64,000 nucleotides of DNA. Origin: Flavobacteriales bacterium. GTDB lineage: Bacteria > Bacteroidota > Bacteroidia > Flavobacteriales > UBA7312. Shown here piece by piece: positions 1 through 10,093 of the stretch. Made by a program: the position numbers and the translations under genes. How positions within the stretch are numbered: the stretch's first letter is position 1; every line of letters begins with the position of its first letter. The stretch lies in NCBI GenBank assembly GCA_016779995.1, contig JADHMO010000001.1, positions 213,308-277,307 on the forward strand, read 5' to 3'. The notes under the pieces are model-generated. The model saw only the letters and a list, made by a program, of their open reading frames with translations, did no database searches and was not told where the DNA came from.

Positions 1-136
1 TGTTTAACGCTCTTTCATATGTAGCATAAACAGTACCATCTAAAAAATGGAAAGGACTAATTTTTACTAAAACATCTTGCGAGAATACAAAAGTGGATGC
101 CATAGAAAGGCAAAGAATAAGAGTAATTTTTTTCAT
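1..136 (-). CDS. N-terminal part of a secreted or outer-membrane protein (DUF3575-like beta-barrel?), runs off the window start
   Basis: Manual translation from ATG at 136: MKKITLILCLSMASTFVFSQDVLVKISPFHFLDGTVYATYERALN. It has a Sec signal peptide and a TACTTTTG -7 element upstream. Not in the ORF track. Confidence 0.6.
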   Translation of the reverse strand, partial: MKKITLILCLSMASTFVFSQDVLVKISPFHFLDGTVYATYERALN

Positions 137-208
137 TTTTAAAGTTTTAAGTTAGATAATTCTCAGCAAAAGTAAAGAAATATTTTATTCTAACACAAAA
201 AAAATGAA

Positions 209-2620
209 TTAGATAAGGGCAATGTTAATAACATCATTCATTTTACTGACATAATGAAAACTCAACCCTTTCAAATATCGCTCGTTAATTTCGTCAACAT
301 CTTTTTTATTTTGTTCGCAAAGAATAATTTCTTTAACCCCTGCCCTTTTAGCAGCGAGTATTTTCTCTTTTATACCGCCTACAGCTAGTACTTTACCTCT
401 TAATGTTATTTCTCCCGTCATCGCTAACTTAGCTTTGACTTTTTTTCCTGTAAATAAGGACACTAAAGCCGTAAGCATTGTAATACCCGCTGAAGGGCCA
501 TCTTTTGGAGTTGCTCCCTCAGGAACATGAAGATGAACATCATTTGTATTTAAGTCATCAGGATTTATACCTAATTCTTTAGCGTGAGACTTTATGTATT
601 GCATAGCAATTGTGGAAGATTCTTTCATCACATTACCAAGGTTTCCAGTAATACTCATTTTACCTTTTCCCGCACTTTTACTGCTTTCTATAAATAATAT
701 ATCTCCTCCTACAGCCGTCCAAGCTAAGCCTGTTACTACTCCAGGAATATCATTGTTCAAATGACGTTCTTTATCAAATGGAGCAGCACCAAGTATTTCT
801 TTTAAATCCGATATGTCAGGACTATGATTATAGTCTTGTTCCATTGCTATGGATTTGGCAGCATAGCGAACCAATTTGGCAACCATTTTATCAAGACCTC
901 TAACTCCAGATTCTCTTGTGTAGCCATCTATAACAGATTCAAAAACTTTATTACTTAACTTTAAATCAGAGTTTTTTAAACCATGTTCTTTGATTTGTTT
1001 AGGAAGTAGGTGTTTTTTAGCAATCTGCACTTTTTCTTCAATAGTATAACCGTTTATCTCTATAATTTCCATTCTATCTCTTAGAGCAGGTTGAATACTT
1101 GATAAGGAATTAGCAGTTGCCACAAACATAACTTTAGATAAGTCATATCCTACCTCTAAATAATTATCGTGAAATGAGCTATTTTGCTCAGGGTCTAGAA
1201 CTTCAAGCATTGCCGAAGAAGGATCTCCATGCGAATCTCTTGTAATCTTATCTATTTCGTCTAGTACAAATACAGGATTAGAAGAATTGGCCTTTTTAAT
1301 GGATTTAATAATTCTACCCGGCATTGCCCCGATATACGTTTTACGATGACCTCTGATTTCAGACTCATCACGTAATCCACCAAGTGAAACACGCTCGTAT
1401 TTTCTACCTAGGGCTTCAGCAATAGACTTCCCTAAAGACGTTTTACCTACACCCGGCGGACCATATAAACACAAAATAGGTGCTTTCATATCGCCTTTGA
1501 GTTTCAATACGGCTAGATGTTCTAGGATACGTTCTTTAACTTTTTCAAGACCAAAATGGTCTCTATCTAATATTTTTTTAGCTTTATCTAAATCAAAATT
1601 ATCTTTTGTGTATTCGTTCCAAGGTAAATCCAAAAATAATTCAAGGTAGGCTCTTTGTACAGAGTAATCTGCCATAGCAGGATTAATACGCTGTAATTTT
1701 TTGATTTCTTTTTCAAAATTATCAGACACCTCTTTGTTCCATTTTTTAGATTTAGCTCTAGTACGCATTTCCTCAATTTCTTGATCTGCCGAACCTCCTA
1801 ATTCTTCTTGTATGGCTTTGAGTTGTTGATTTAGAAAATATTCCCTCTGTTGTTGGTCTAAGTCGTGTTTAACCTTGTGTTGAATTTCATTTTTCATCTC
1901 AAGGCGTTGCAATTCTTTGCTAATAATTTCCAGTGTTTCTTGCGAACGACTTTTTAAATTAAAGACCTCAAGTAAATCCTGCTTTTTTTTCATGTCAACA
2001 TCCATATTGGAACAAACAAAGTTGACTAAATAAGAAGGGGATTCTATATTTTGAATTGCTAATTGAGCTTCTGAAGGAATGTTAGGAGATTCTTTAACAA
2101 TTTGCAAAGCAATATCTTTTATCGAATCAACAAGGGCGATAAATTGCTCATCATCCTTTTCAGGTTTTTCTTCAGATAACTCAGCAACGGTAGCTTTCAA
2201 ATAAGGTTCTTCTTGAACCATTTCTTGTAGCTCAATTAATTTTCTACCTTGAATAATAACAGTGATATTTCCATCTGGCATTCGTAACATTTTCATAATG
2301 TGTGCCACTGTACCGATAGTGTTTAAATCACCAAAGCTTGGGTCTTCTATATCAAACTTCTTTTGAGATACAACTCCTATCGTTTTAGAACCTTTGTAAA
2401 CCTCCTTAATAAGCTTAACTGATTTATCTCTTCCAACTGTTATGGGAATTATTACACCAGGGAAAAGAACCGTATTTCTAAGAGGTAAAATAGCTAAGGA
2501 TTTAGGGACTTCTTCCTTATTTATTTTCTCCTCATCAACGCTACTAAGTAGTGGAAAGAAATCCGATTCGTCATCAAAATTTGCCCCAGCAAAAGAATCT
2601 AAAAACATGTCTTTTTTCAT
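209..2620 (-). CDS. lon: ATP-dependent Lon protease
   Basis: LPLRNTVLFP N-domain, Walker A GPPGVGKT, catalytic motif PKDGPSAG and KILAAKRAG. Confidence 0.98.
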   Translation of the reverse strand: MKKDMFLDSFAGANFDDESDFFPLLSSVDEEKINKEEVPKSLAILPLRNTVLFPGVIIPITVGRDKSVKLIKEVYKGSKTIGVVSQKKFDIEDPSFGDLNTIGTVAHIMKMLRMPDGNITVIIQGRKLIELQEMVQEEPYLKATVAELSEEKPEKDDEQFIALVDSIKDIALQIVKESPNIPSEAQLAIQNIESPSYLVNFVCSNMDVDMKKKQDLLEVFNLKSRSQETLEIISKELQRLEMKNEIQHKVKHDLDQQQREYFLNQQLKAIQEELGGSADQEIEEMRTRAKSKKWNKEVSDNFEKEIKKLQRINPAMADYSVQRAYLELFLDLPWNEYTKDNFDLDKAKKILDRDHFGLEKVKERILEHLAVLKLKGDMKAPILCLYGPPGVGKTSLGKSIAEALGRKYERVSLGGLRDESEIRGHRKTYIGAMPGRIIKSIKKANSSNPVFVLDEIDKITRDSHGDPSSAMLEVLDPEQNSSFHDNYLEVGYDLSKVMFVATANSLSSIQPALRDRMEIIEINGYTIEEKVQIAKKHLLPKQIKEHGLKNSDLKLSNKVFESVIDGYTRESGVRGLDKMVAKLVRYAAKSIAMEQDYNHSPDISDLKEILGAAPFDKERHLNNDIPGVVTGLAWTAVGGDILFIESSKSAGKGKMSITGNLGNVMKESSTIAMQYIKSHAKELGINPDDLNTNDVHLHVPEGATPKDGPSAGITMLTALVSLFTGKKVKAKLAMTGEITLRGKVLAVGGIKEKILAAKRAGVKEIILCEQNKKDVDEINERYLKGLSFHYVSKMNDVINIALI

Positions 2621-2717
2621 TCAAAATTTTTTTTATCAATCATGACAATTATGTTATTCGAAAATAATAATGACAAGAATTGTGCCATTATAAATATCAT
2701 TTAAAAGACTGACAAAA

Positions 2718-3872
2718 CTAGTCTTTTCGGTACGACTTTGTCAGTTCAAAAACCTCAGCTAAAATATCTTTTTCTACTTGATTAAACTCTATAGCTCGGC
2801 GTTGCATCACTTTTTCTGCCACTTCGAAGACTTTATTTAAGCGATAAGTCATATAACCTGCTGAACCACCCCATGAGAAGGAAGAAACAAAATTACGAGG
2901 AAAACCTGCTCCAAAAACGTTAGCACTAACTCCTACAACCGTTCCAGTGTTAAACATTGTATTGATTCCACATTTTGAATGGTCGCCCATTATAAGACCA
3001 CAAAATTGAAGTCCTGTATTTACAAAGCGTTCAGATGGATAATTCCATAATTTAACCTCAGCATAATTGTTTTTTAAATTGGAATTATTCGTGTCGGCTC
3101 CTAAATTGCACCATTCTCCTAATACAGAATTACCTAAGAAGCCGTCATGTCCTTTGTTGGAATATCCCAACAATACAGAGTTGTTTACTTCTCCCCCAAC
3201 TTTACAATAAGGACCTAAGGTAGTTGCCCCATAAATTTTCGCCCCCATTTTAAGCACTGAGTTTTCGCACATAGCTAATGGTCCTCTGACAATACTTCCT
3301 TCCATAATTTCAGCATTTTTGCCTACATAAATTGGTCCTGTCGAAGCATTAAGAATAGCATGTTCTACTTTTGCACCATCTTCAAGAAAAATATTTTCTG
3401 GATTAGTACAAGCGTTAGTTTCGCTAATGAGTTGAGATGTCCTTCCTGCTGTAAGTAGCTTAAAATCGGATTGAATACATGCATCATTGTACTCAAAAAT
3501 ATGCCACAGTTGTGAAACTTGCATAAAATCGTCTTCATAGGGTATTACCTCATTAGGAATACTTTCCTTACTTCTGTAAGCAATAAGTGTTTCATTCTGC
3601 TTTAAACACTGATTTTCTGATAAAGATTTAATTGCGTCAACTAGATTAATGTCAGGGCAAATAGAACCATTTATCCAAAGGTTATCCTCATTACTAATCA
3701 GAGAAAATTTTTGTTGCAAATAATCTTCTGTATAAAATGAACATTTCGTATTCAAAAAGTGTTCCCATTTCTCAGTTATGGTAAGTATACCAATACGAAT
3801 TTCAGAAACAGGTCGAGTGTATGTTAAAGGAAGAAGATTCCCTCTAGTGTCATCAAATAAAATGTAATTCAT
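2718..3872 (-). CDS. GlmU-like putative sugar nucleotidyltransferase with left-handed beta-helix (Bacteroidota family)
   Basis: LLPLTYTRPVSEIRIGILTI N-terminus, hexapeptide repeats, SNKGHDGFLGNSVLGEWCNLGA. Confidence 0.85.
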   Translation of the reverse strand: MNYILFDDTRGNLLPLTYTRPVSEIRIGILTITEKWEHFLNTKCSFYTEDYLQQKFSLISNEDNLWINGSICPDINLVDAIKSLSENQCLKQNETLIAYRSKESIPNEVIPYEDDFMQVSQLWHIFEYNDACIQSDFKLLTAGRTSQLISETNACTNPENIFLEDGAKVEHAILNASTGPIYVGKNAEIMEGSIVRGPLAMCENSVLKMGAKIYGATTLGPYCKVGGEVNNSVLLGYSNKGHDGFLGNSVLGEWCNLGADTNNSNLKNNYAEVKLWNYPSERFVNTGLQFCGLIMGDHSKCGINTMFNTGTVVGVSANVFGAGFPRNFVSSFSWGGSAGYMTYRLNKVFEVAEKVMQRRAIEFNQVEKDILAEVFELTKSYRKD

Positions 3873-3893
3873 AACAACAAATGTAATAATTAC

Positions 3894-3930
3894 AAAAAAA
3901 GCAAAACTATCATAACTGATAATTTTGCTT
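3894..3930 (-). terminator. Intrinsic terminator downstream of the 3959-4435 gene
   Basis: Hairpin AAGCAAAA-c-TATCA-taac-TGATA-a-TTTTGCTT, followed on the minus strand by a T-run (A7 at 3894-3900 on plus). Confidence 0.6.
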
Positions 3931-3958
3931 TCATAGATGTATTTTATTCTAATTTAAT

Positions 3959-4435
3959 CTAGATACCAAAGCTAAAAACTCCATTTTCTATAACAACACT
4001 ATCTAAATTATTAGCTATGTTATGCAAAGTAGCCGAAAAGCTTCCCGAAATTTCATCTCCATCACTCACCTTCAAATTTATAACAAATCGACTGTTTGAA
4101 TTTTTAGTGTAAGTGTATAAATTATCGTTTTTATCATTAAAATTTATTGAATAACCACTCAATGAATTTACATAATCGGCTTGATCAAAAACTCCAACTC
4201 TAACGGTATCTATTATAAGTTCTAATTGCCCTACATCATCGTTTCTTCCCCAAAATATAGATTGGTTAGAAATTACTCTATCTCCAATGGCAAAAGCTGG
4301 ACAATTCACTTTCTGTGAATTTAATTCATAGGTAAATACATTAGGCACAGATTTCTTCTTTTTACAAGAAGTGTTTAGAAGAAAGAAAATAGAAAGCAAA
4401 ATAAATGCGAAACTAGCAAGATTTAATTTTTTCAT
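3959..4435 (-). CDS. Hypothetical lipoprotein
   Basis: Hydrophobic signal ending in LNTSC followed by KKKK. No family recognised. Confidence 0.7.
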   Translation of the reverse strand: MKKLNLASFAFILLSIFFLLNTSCKKKKSVPNVFTYELNSQKVNCPAFAIGDRVISNQSIFWGRNDDVGQLELIIDTVRVGVFDQADYVNSLSGYSINFNDKNDNLYTYTKNSNSRFVINLKVSDGDEISGSFSATLHNIANNLDSVVIENGVFSFGI

Positions 4436-4532
4436 TTTTTAAGTTATAATTAGTTTTATGAAGAGCACCTTGCTCTTTCATGCGAATCTAGAAGAGTTAG
4501 TGCAATGAAATGTATGACTTAAATCATATTCT

Positions 4533-5630
4533 TTAAGTATTGAACCTAAAATGCATAATATCACCATCGGCAACAACATACTCCTTGCCTTCCACTGACA
4601 TTTTACCATTTTCTTTGCATGCTAATTCAGAACCTAACTCTACAAAATCTGTATATTTAATGACCTCGGCACGAATAAAACCTTTCTCAAAGTCGGTATG
4701 TATTACTCCTGCAGCTTGTGGAGCTTTCATTCCCTCTTTAATGGTCCATGCTCTAACCTCTTTAACTCCTGCCGTAAAATAAGTGGAAAGATTTAACAAC
4801 TGATATGCTGAACGAATAAGTTTACTCACCCCAGGCTCGTCTAAGCCCATATCCTCTAGAAACATTTGGCGTTCTTCATAACTATCAAGTTCTGTTATAT
4901 CTGCTTCTGTAGATGCCGCAATCATTAAAACAGAAGCATCTTCATCTTTTACAATTTCCTTCACTCTATCAACATGAGGATTGCCATTTTTTATGGAAGC
5001 TTCATCAACATTACACACATACATTATTGGTTTATCAGTAAGTAACATTAAGTCAGCAACGTGTTCTTTTTCTTTATCTTCTAAATCTATACTTCTAACT
5101 GATTTACCTTGTTCTAAATGAGCTTTGTATTTGGCTAGAACATCAACAACTTTTCTAGAGTCTTTGTCACCTGTTCGAGATAGCTTTTCATACTTCAGTA
5201 GCTTTTTATCAACAGCTTCTAAATCTTTTAATTGCAATTCTATGTCTATGGTTTCTTTATCTCTAATTGGGTCAACTGAACCATCTACATGAACAATATT
5301 ATCATTTTCAAAACACCTCAACACATGAATAATAGCGTCTGTTTCTCTAATATTAGCTAAGAATTTATTCCCTAAGCCTTCTCCTTTACTAGCTCCTTTT
5401 ACCAATCCAGCAATATCTACAATTTCTATAGTAGTTGGTTGGACTTTTTCAGGTTGTACTAAACGTTCTAACTCATTAAGTCTTTTGTCTGGCACACTAA
5501 TAACACCTACGTTAGGTTCAATAGTACAAAAGGGGAAATTTGCCGATTGCGCTTTGGCATTAGACAAACAATTAAATAATGTCGATTTTCCAACATTTGG
5601 CAAACCTACTATACCACACTTCAAAGCCAT
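4533..5630 (-). CDS. ychF: Redox-regulated ATPase YchF
   Basis: GIVGLPNVGKSTLFN, NFPFCTIEPN, DIAGLVKGASKGEGLGNKFL, HTDFEKGFIRAE. Start moved to MALKCG (5630) because a -7 element lies at 5649-5656. Confidence 0.98.
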   Translation of the reverse strand: MALKCGIVGLPNVGKSTLFNCLSNAKAQSANFPFCTIEPNVGVISVPDKRLNELERLVQPEKVQPTTIEIVDIAGLVKGASKGEGLGNKFLANIRETDAIIHVLRCFENDNIVHVDGSVDPIRDKETIDIELQLKDLEAVDKKLLKYEKLSRTGDKDSRKVVDVLAKYKAHLEQGKSVRSIDLEDKEKEHVADLMLLTDKPIMYVCNVDEASIKNGNPHVDRVKEIVKDEDASVLMIAASTEADITELDSYEERQMFLEDMGLDEPGVSKLIRSAYQLLNLSTYFTAGVKEVRAWTIKEGMKAPQAAGVIHTDFEKGFIRAEVIKYTDFVELGSELACKENGKMSVEGKEYVVADGDIMHFRFNT

Positions 5631-5648
5631 ATCAAAATATATTTTTCG

Positions 5649-5656
5649 CAAAGATA
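5649..5656 (-). promoter_or_regulatory. Bacteroidota sigma-A -7 element for ychF
   Basis: TATCTTTG on the minus strand matches TAnnTTTG, 19 nt upstream of the ATG. Confidence 0.7.
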
Positions 5657-5718
5657 ATCAGCTATTTAAACATTTTTGAAAAAATATTAACAATTGTAAT
5701 TTCCCCTACTAAAAGAAT

Positions 5719-5726
5719 TACATTTG
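5719..5726 (+). promoter_or_regulatory. -7 element for the transketolase operon
   Basis: TACATTTG, 21 nt upstream of the ATG at 5747. Confidence 0.7.
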
Positions 5727-5746
5727 AGAATTAAACTAATTAGACC

Positions 5747-6586
5747 ATGAGTGAGGATTTAAAGGCTATTTGCAATCAAGTTAGAAGAGATATTGTTCGT
5801 ATGGTACATGCTCAAAATTCAGGTCATCCTGGTGGCTCACTCGGTTGCGTTGAGTATTTTGTAGCTCTATATTTCGAAGTTATGAAGCATAATACTGACT
5901 TTGAGATGAATGGTATTGATGAAGATTTATTTTTTCTATCCAACGGTCATATCTCCCCTGTCCTTTATAGTGTGTTAGCAAGAAGAGGATATTTTGATGT
6001 TAAAGAATTATCGACTTTCAGAACCATAAACTCAAGACTTCAGGGACACCCTACCACTCACGATAAACTTCCTGGCGTACGAATTGCCTCAGGCTCTTTA
6101 GGTCAAGGTATGTCAGTAGCAATTGGTGCAGCACTTACTAAAAAATTAAATAATGATTCGTCCATCGTATATAGTTTGCACGGAGATGGTGAATTGCAAG
6201 AAGGGCAAATTTGGGAGGCTGCTATGTATGCTTCTGGCAACAAAGTCGATAATCTAATTTGTACAATTGACTACAATCAAAAGCAAATTGATGGCTCATT
6301 AGAGGAGGTTCTTCCCATGGGAAATATTTCTAATAAATTTAAAGCCTTTGATTGGGAAGTGTTAGAAATAAAGGACGGCAACAACATTTATGATGTTATT
6401 GACGTTTTAAATAAGGCTAAATCATTGTGTGGTAATGGAAAACCCATTTGTATAATTATGCATACTGAAATGGGAAATGGCGTTGATTTCATGATGGGAA
6501 CACACAAATGGCATGGTGTTGCGCCTAACGATGAACAGTTAGCAGATGCTCTGAGTCAAAATCCTGAATCACTTGGTGATTATTAA
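5747..6586 (+). CDS. Transketolase, N-terminal (TPP-binding) subunit
   Basis: SGHPGGSL, LSNGH, LQGHP, GSLGQG, GDGELQEGQIWEA, WHG. Confidence 0.96.
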   Translation: MSEDLKAICNQVRRDIVRMVHAQNSGHPGGSLGCVEYFVALYFEVMKHNTDFEMNGIDEDLFFLSNGHISPVLYSVLARRGYFDVKELSTFRTINSRLQGHPTTHDKLPGVRIASGSLGQGMSVAIGAALTKKLNNDSSIVYSLHGDGELQEGQIWEAAMYASGNKVDNLICTIDYNQKQIDGSLEEVLPMGNISNKFKAFDWEVLEIKDGNNIYDVIDVLNKAKSLCGNGKPICIIMHTEMGNGVDFMMGTHKWHGVAPNDEQLADALSQNPESLGDY

Positions 6587-7963
6587 ATGTTAAATTTAAA
6601 CAAACATATCTTATTAGCTATACTGATAATTTGTATCAGTTTATTAAACCCCTACAAAACCTTTGCCCAAAAAGATAAACCCGTAACTCGTGTTTTATTC
6701 ATATTTGATGCTTCTCAGAGTATGTACGCTCAATGGGACGGAAATAGTAGAATGGAAATTGCCAAAGAATTGCTTAGCAATATGTTAGATAGTCTTGACA
6801 ATAAAGAAAACTTGCAAGTGAGTTTACGATGCTATGGTCATCAAAAACCATCACCGCCTCAAGATTGTAGAGATACTAGGCTAGAAGTTGCTTTTGGAAA
6901 CAATACTATACCTGCCATAAAAAACAGATTAAAAACACTTCGACCAAAAGGCACTACCCCAATTGCAAAAGCACTAGAATCAGGTGCTTTAGATTTTCCT
7001 GCCGTCACCTCCAACTCTAGAAATATCGTTATTCTAATTACAGATGGTATAGAAGAATGTGGCGGAGACCCATGCGCTGTATCTAGACTATACCAAGAGA
7101 AAAAAATCATTCTTAAACCTTTTGTTATTGGTATTGGTCTTAGTGAAGAATACAAGAAAAATTTTGAATGTGTGGGTACTTTTTACGATGCCAGAAATCC
7201 TGATGAATTCAAAAACATTTTAGATGTAGTCATTTCTCAAGTGCTAAACTCAACCACTGCCCAAGTTAATCTACTGGACGAAAATGAAATGCCTACCGAA
7301 ACAAATGTACCCCTCAGCTTTTACGATTCTTTTTCAGGGATTCTACAATACAATTTTATACACACTATGAACAGTAGAGGAAATCCTGATACCTTGAATA
7401 TTGATCCAGTGCTAAGTTATAAAGTTGTTGCCCATACCATACCACAGACAGAAGCAGAAGGAGATTGGAAATTAATACCAGGCAAACACACTACAATACC
7501 AATAAAATGCCCACAAGGCACATTAAGTATTAGTTCTGCAGTTAATAAAACTAAAGTAGAATGTATTGTTAGAGAAAAAGGCAAAACCGAAACCCTAAAC
7601 GTTCAACAACTAAATACTAAACAAAGGTATTTAACAGGTGAATATGAGCTAGAAATTCTGACTTTACCTCGTATTTATGAAACTGTTAAAGTCAATCAAA
7701 GTGAATCTACCAATGTAAAAATTCCTGAACCAGGTTTAGTCGTTTTATCGGCCTCATCATCACCTTATGGAAGTATATTTGAAGTAAGCAATGAACTGAA
7801 ATGGGTTTGCGATTTGAATATCAACAAAGGAAGGCAAGCACTTTACGTATTACCAGGAAAATACAAGGTAGTGTATAGGGCAAAAAATGCCTCTTCTAGC
7901 GAATACACCAAAGAAAAAACATTTAAAGTAAGTTCTATAAAAACCGTATCTCTAAAACTATAA
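6587..7963 (+). CDS. Secreted VWA (MIDAS) domain protein
   Basis: Signal peptide, FIFDASQSM (DxSxS), GTTP, ILITDGIEECGGDPC. Confidence 0.88.
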   Translation: MLNLNKHILLAILIICISLLNPYKTFAQKDKPVTRVLFIFDASQSMYAQWDGNSRMEIAKELLSNMLDSLDNKENLQVSLRCYGHQKPSPPQDCRDTRLEVAFGNNTIPAIKNRLKTLRPKGTTPIAKALESGALDFPAVTSNSRNIVILITDGIEECGGDPCAVSRLYQEKKIILKPFVIGIGLSEEYKKNFECVGTFYDARNPDEFKNILDVVISQVLNSTTAQVNLLDENEMPTETNVPLSFYDSFSGILQYNFIHTMNSRGNPDTLNIDPVLSYKVVAHTIPQTEAEGDWKLIPGKHTTIPIKCPQGTLSISSAVNKTKVECIVREKGKTETLNVQQLNTKQRYLTGEYELEILTLPRIYETVKVNQSESTNVKIPEPGLVVLSASSSPYGSIFEVSNELKWVCDLNINKGRQALYVLPGKYKVVYRAKNASSSEYTKEKTFKVSSIKTVSLKL

Positions 7964-7965
7964 TA

Positions 7966-8901
7966 ATGGAAATGAAAGACACACGCTCAGGATTTGGAGC
8001 AGGATTAACTGAACTTGGAAAAAGCAATCCTAATGTTGTGGCATTATGCGCTGACCTCACAGGTTCGTTGAAGATGAATGAATTTGCAGATAATCATCCT
8101 GAACGTTTTTTTCAAGTAGGTATAGCAGAAGCTAATATGATGGGCATAGCAGCAGGATTAACCATAGGAGGTAAAATCCCTTTCACTGGTACTTTTGCCA
8201 ACTTCTCCACATCCAGAGTTTATGACCAAATCAGACAATCTATAGCCTACTCAGAAAAAAATGTCAAAATATGCGCTTCTCACGCTGGTCTAACTTTAGG
8301 AGAAGATGGTGCTACTCACCAAGTTTTAGAAGATATAGGTATGATGAAAATGTTGCCAGGCATGGTTGTTATCAATCCGTGCGATTATAACCAAACTAAG
8401 GCCGCAACAATAGCCATAGCAGAACATAATGGGCCTGTTTACCTGCGTTTTGGCAGACCTAATGTGCCTAATTTTACCCCTGAAAACCAAAAGTTTGAAA
8501 TAGGAAAAGCGATTTGTCTAAAAGAAGGAAAAGACGTTAGCATTTTTGCTACTGGTCATTTGGTTTGGGAGGCTATGGAAGCACAAAAAGCTTTAGAAGA
8601 ACAAGGAATAAGTGCTGAAATAATAAACATACACACCATTAAGCCACTAGATGAAAAAGCAATTTTAGAGTCTGTAGCCAAAACAAAATGTGTGGTAAGT
8701 GCCGAAGAACATATGTTAAATGGTGGACTTGGCGATAGCATAGCACAATGTCTTTCAAGAAATAACCCCACTCCTATCGAAATGGTAGGTGTAAACGATA
8801 CATTTGGTGAAAGTGGAAAGCCCAAAGAGCTTATGGCTAAATATGGATTAGACTCTCATAATATTGTTAAGGCTGCATTAAAAGTTGTCAAAAGAAAGTA
8901 A
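7966..8901 (+). CDS. Transketolase, C-terminal (pyrimidine-binding) subunit
   Basis: GIAEANM, GEDGATHQ, GPVYLRFGR, TIKPLD, EEH. Confidence 0.96.
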   Translation: MEMKDTRSGFGAGLTELGKSNPNVVALCADLTGSLKMNEFADNHPERFFQVGIAEANMMGIAAGLTIGGKIPFTGTFANFSTSRVYDQIRQSIAYSEKNVKICASHAGLTLGEDGATHQVLEDIGMMKMLPGMVVINPCDYNQTKAATIAIAEHNGPVYLRFGRPNVPNFTPENQKFEIGKAICLKEGKDVSIFATGHLVWEAMEAQKALEEQGISAEIINIHTIKPLDEKAILESVAKTKCVVSAEEHMLNGGLGDSIAQCLSRNNPTPIEMVGVNDTFGESGKPKELMAKYGLDSHNIVKAALKVVKRK

Positions 8902-10090
8902 ATATACAATAGGGCAAAATGTATTTTTTAACCATCAAGCCCAAACTACACCCTTTGCAAATGGTATGGAAATTTCTCATGCCGAAGGAATCTATATTTA
9001 TGACGTCAATAACAAAAAATATTTAGACTTAGTTGCTGGAGTATCTGCCTGTACATTAGGACATAGTCACCCAGCAATTGTACAAAGCGTTAATGAACAA
9101 ATGCAACTTTATGCACATGTAATGGTGTACGGTGAGTATGTTCAATCTCCTCAGTACAAACTTTCACAACTACTAATAGAAAACTTGCCTGAAAGTTTAA
9201 ACTGTACCTACTTAGTAAACTCTGGAACAGAAGCTATTGAAGGTGCTATGAAATTAGCTAAACGTATTACTTCAAAAAATAAGATAATATCTTTTAATAA
9301 CAGTTATCACGGTAGCACACATGGAGCTCTTAGTATTATGGGTAAGGAGCTATATAAAACCAACTACCGCCCACTACTCCCCGATTGTGAATTAATTGAT
9401 TACGATAGCATAGAACAGCTAGTATTAATAGACCACTTAACAGCTGCTGTAGTTGTTGAGCCAATTCAAGGCGCAACAGGATTTAAAGTTCCATCTATAA
9501 AATGGTTAGAAGCTCTCAGACAACGTTGTGATGAAGTAGGTGCGCTGCTCATTTTTGACGAAATACAAACTGGTTTTGGAAGAACTGGTCAATTATTTGC
9601 TATAAACACTTTTGGCGTAACTCCTGATATCCTATGTATAGCTAAAGGCATGGGTGGCGGTATGCCTATTGGTTGTTTCATCAGTTCCAAAAAGAATATG
9701 GATAAACTTAAAGATAATCCTAAACTAGGTCATATTACAACCTTTGGGGGGCATCCCGTTTGTTGTGCTGCATCACTTGCTACTTTAAGTACTCTAATAG
9801 AAGACAGAAACATCATTCAATCTATAGAATATAAAGAGCAGATTTTTAGAGAAAATTTACAACACCCCAAAATTAAAGAAGTGAGAGGCAAAGGCTTAAT
9901 GTTAGCTATAGAATTAGATAGTGAAAAAATCTGTCAATACCTTGTAGAAAAAGGGTACGAACATGGCTTAATTATGTTCTTTTTCTTGTTTACTAATACG
10001 GCAGTACGTTTATCTCCACCACTTATTATTTCTGAAGAAGAAATTATTAAGGCTTGTAATACTATCAAAGACATTTTAAACGAAATATAG
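8885..10090 (+). CDS. Class III PLP aminotransferase (acetylornithine aminotransferase-like)
   Basis: NSGTEAIEGAMK, SYHGST, VEPIQG, DEIQTGFGRTG, AKGMGGG, TTFGGHP. The TTG start overlapping the upstream gene is uncertain. Confidence 0.9.
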   Translation: MSKESKYTIGQNVFFNHQAQTTPFANGMEISHAEGIYIYDVNNKKYLDLVAGVSACTLGHSHPAIVQSVNEQMQLYAHVMVYGEYVQSPQYKLSQLLIENLPESLNCTYLVNSGTEAIEGAMKLAKRITSKNKIISFNNSYHGSTHGALSIMGKELYKTNYRPLLPDCELIDYDSIEQLVLIDHLTAAVVVEPIQGATGFKVPSIKWLEALRQRCDEVGALLIFDEIQTGFGRTGQLFAINTFGVTPDILCIAKGMGGGMPIGCFISSKKNMDKLKDNPKLGHITTFGGHPVCCAASLATLSTLIEDRNIIQSIEYKEQIFRENLQHPKIKEVRGKGLMLAIELDSEKICQYLVEKGYEHGLIMFFFLFTNTAVRLSPPLIISEEEIIKACNTIKDILNEI

Positions 10091-10093
10091 ATT

